Positions 63,355 to 64,000 of a DNA stretch of 64,000 bases are shown one piece after another; position 1 is the first letter of the stretch, and every line of letters begins with the position of its first letter. The notes beneath the pieces were generated by a model. It was not told where the DNA came from and did not search any database. It was given only the letters and a program-made list of their open reading frames with translations. Both the position numbers and the translations under genes were made by a program. This stretch comes from an uncultured Planctomycetaceae bacterium. GTDB lineage: Bacteria > Planctomycetota > Phycisphaerae > UBA1845 > UTPLA1. The stretch is taken from the NCBI GenBank assembly GCA_964549445.1, contig CAZJVS010000001.1:5372-69371 (forward strand), read 5' to 3'.

Positions 63355-63516
63355 CGCGTCCCAGGCGCCGTTCGGCGAACCCGCCAGATCGATCACCGTA
63401 TTGCCGGCGGGATTGAACGCGCCATCGGAGCCGTCCGCGCCGGGCACGGTGATCACGCCTCGTGCCGCGGATCCACAGACCAGAACCACCGACGCAACGA
63501 TGAGATGGTTCGTCAT
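63256..63516 (-). CDS. Short signal-peptide ORF (86 aa), possibly the 5' remnant of a larger surface-protein gene
   Basis: It begins MTNHLIVASVVLVCGSAARGVITVPGADGSDGAFNPAGNTVIDLAGSPNGAWDAPNP, which is protein-like with a signal peptide. The last ~30 aa (SAPIPRSLRRCPPVPRSLIPRVARKFLCP) are the translation of the G-rich repeat tract. The stop lies in the loop of the hairpin ATGTCCTTcAAGGACAT (63249-63265). Confidence 0.35.
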   Translation of the reverse strand: MTNHLIVASVVLVCGSAARGVITVPGADGSDGAFNPAGNTVIDLAGSPNGAWDAPNPSAPIPRSLRRCPPVPRSLIPRVARKFLCP

Positions 63517-63544
63517 GATCGGCTCCTCGTTCGACGGGCGAATG

Positions 63545-64000
63545 CTACGGACCCAGCAGCAAGCCCACGAACGGCTGCACGTCGTCGCCGTTCGACGCGC
63601 CTGAGACGTTGACGTCGGCGGCGCAGCGCTGATCGGGCGTGGCCGCGTTCGGATTCACGAGCGTTGCCGCGAACGGGCCGACGTCGGCGGCTGTGATGGT
63701 GCCTTCGCCGCTGAGGTCGCCGGGGCGGCGGGTCGGGCAGACGTCGCAGTTATCTCCGACGCCGTCGCCGTCGATGTCGCCCTGGAATTGGTTCGGTACG
63801 CCCGCGCAGTTGTCGCACACGTCGCCGTACGGATCGGAGTCGGCATTGGCCTGGTCGAAGTTGGTGACGAACGGGCAGTTGTCGAGGTGATCCGGAATGG
63901 TATCGGCGTCGGTGTCCGGTGGCGTGATCGTGCCCACCGCTGCGGCCTGGCCGGGATCGAGCGGCTGGCCGTCGAGCATGACCGTCTGGTCGAAGGGCTG
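63545..64000 (-). CDS. Secreted protein with thrombospondin type-3-like calcium-binding repeats and a dockerin-like C-terminus (3' part; the 5' end is off the right edge)
   Basis: The frame stays open to the window edge upstream of track ORF 63545..63979. TSP3-like motifs are DTDADTIPDHLDNCPFVTNFDQANADSDPYGDVCDNC and QGDIDGDGVGDNCDVCP. The C-terminal tail DVNVSGASNGDDVQPFVGLLLGP resembles the tail of the subtilase at 12864-16529. Confidence 0.8.
   Translation of the reverse strand, partial: QPFDQTVMLDGQPLDPGQAAAVGTITPPDTDADTIPDHLDNCPFVTNFDQANADSDPYGDVCDNCAGVPNQFQGDIDGDGVGDNCDVCPTRRPGDLSGEGTITAADVGPFAATLVNPNAATPDQRCAADVNVSGASNGDDVQPFVGLLLGP

Overview
This is a 64-kb, high-GC (about 60-65% by eye, not computed), densely coding bacterial chromosomal segment. 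I count about 50 protein genes and 2 tRNAs. I saw no rRNA, CRISPR array, transposase, integrase or phage genes.

Gene content suggests a PVC/Planctomycetota-like organism, but this is inference only. The basis is many signal-peptide proteins of unknown family, dockerin-like and thrombospondin-type-3 modules, an Ig-set domain, several GT-C-like polytopic membrane proteins and Hanks kinases.

Order, left to right:
- YdeP-type molybdoenzyme (partial) and mobA; tRNA-Pro(GGG)
- two tandem modules, each a CHASE2-type Ser/Thr kinase plus a secreted partner
- MFS transporter; a 663-aa secreted protein; a 1221-aa multidomain S8 subtilase
- cytochrome c'-like protein; two tandem GT-C-like membrane proteins; a HyuA-like protein; a BamD-like TPR protein; a MOSC protein
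- the canonical rpmF-plsX-fabH-fabD-fabG-acpP-fabF cluster; UDP-glucuronate decarboxylase
- a GbsR-type regulator with a textbook promoter and palindrome; cstA
- two thaumatin-like secreted paralogues flanking a DUF2059 gene (one paralogue is broken by an in-frame TGA)
- rpsA; a polytopic membrane protein; an ABC-F ATPase
- an AT-richer spacer with small ORFs and a tRNA(CAT); mnmA; two large secreted proteins
- a five-gene opp/dpp ABC operon; a 13-14-repeat propeller-Ig protein; a third GT-C-like paralogue; a secreted helical protein
- rex; an ICMT-like methyltransferase
- a ~0.9-kb purine/G-rich non-coding tract made of micro tandem duplications
- the 3' end of a TSP3/dockerin-like protein gene

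Most long track ORFs lying antisense to these genes are high-GC shadow ORFs.

Best candidates for something new:
1. the duplicated kinase-plus-partner modules
2. the bacterial thaumatin-like pair
3. the expanded GT-C-like family with its own C-terminal domain
4. the micro-duplication tract

All family calls come from motif recognition by eye. No searches were run.
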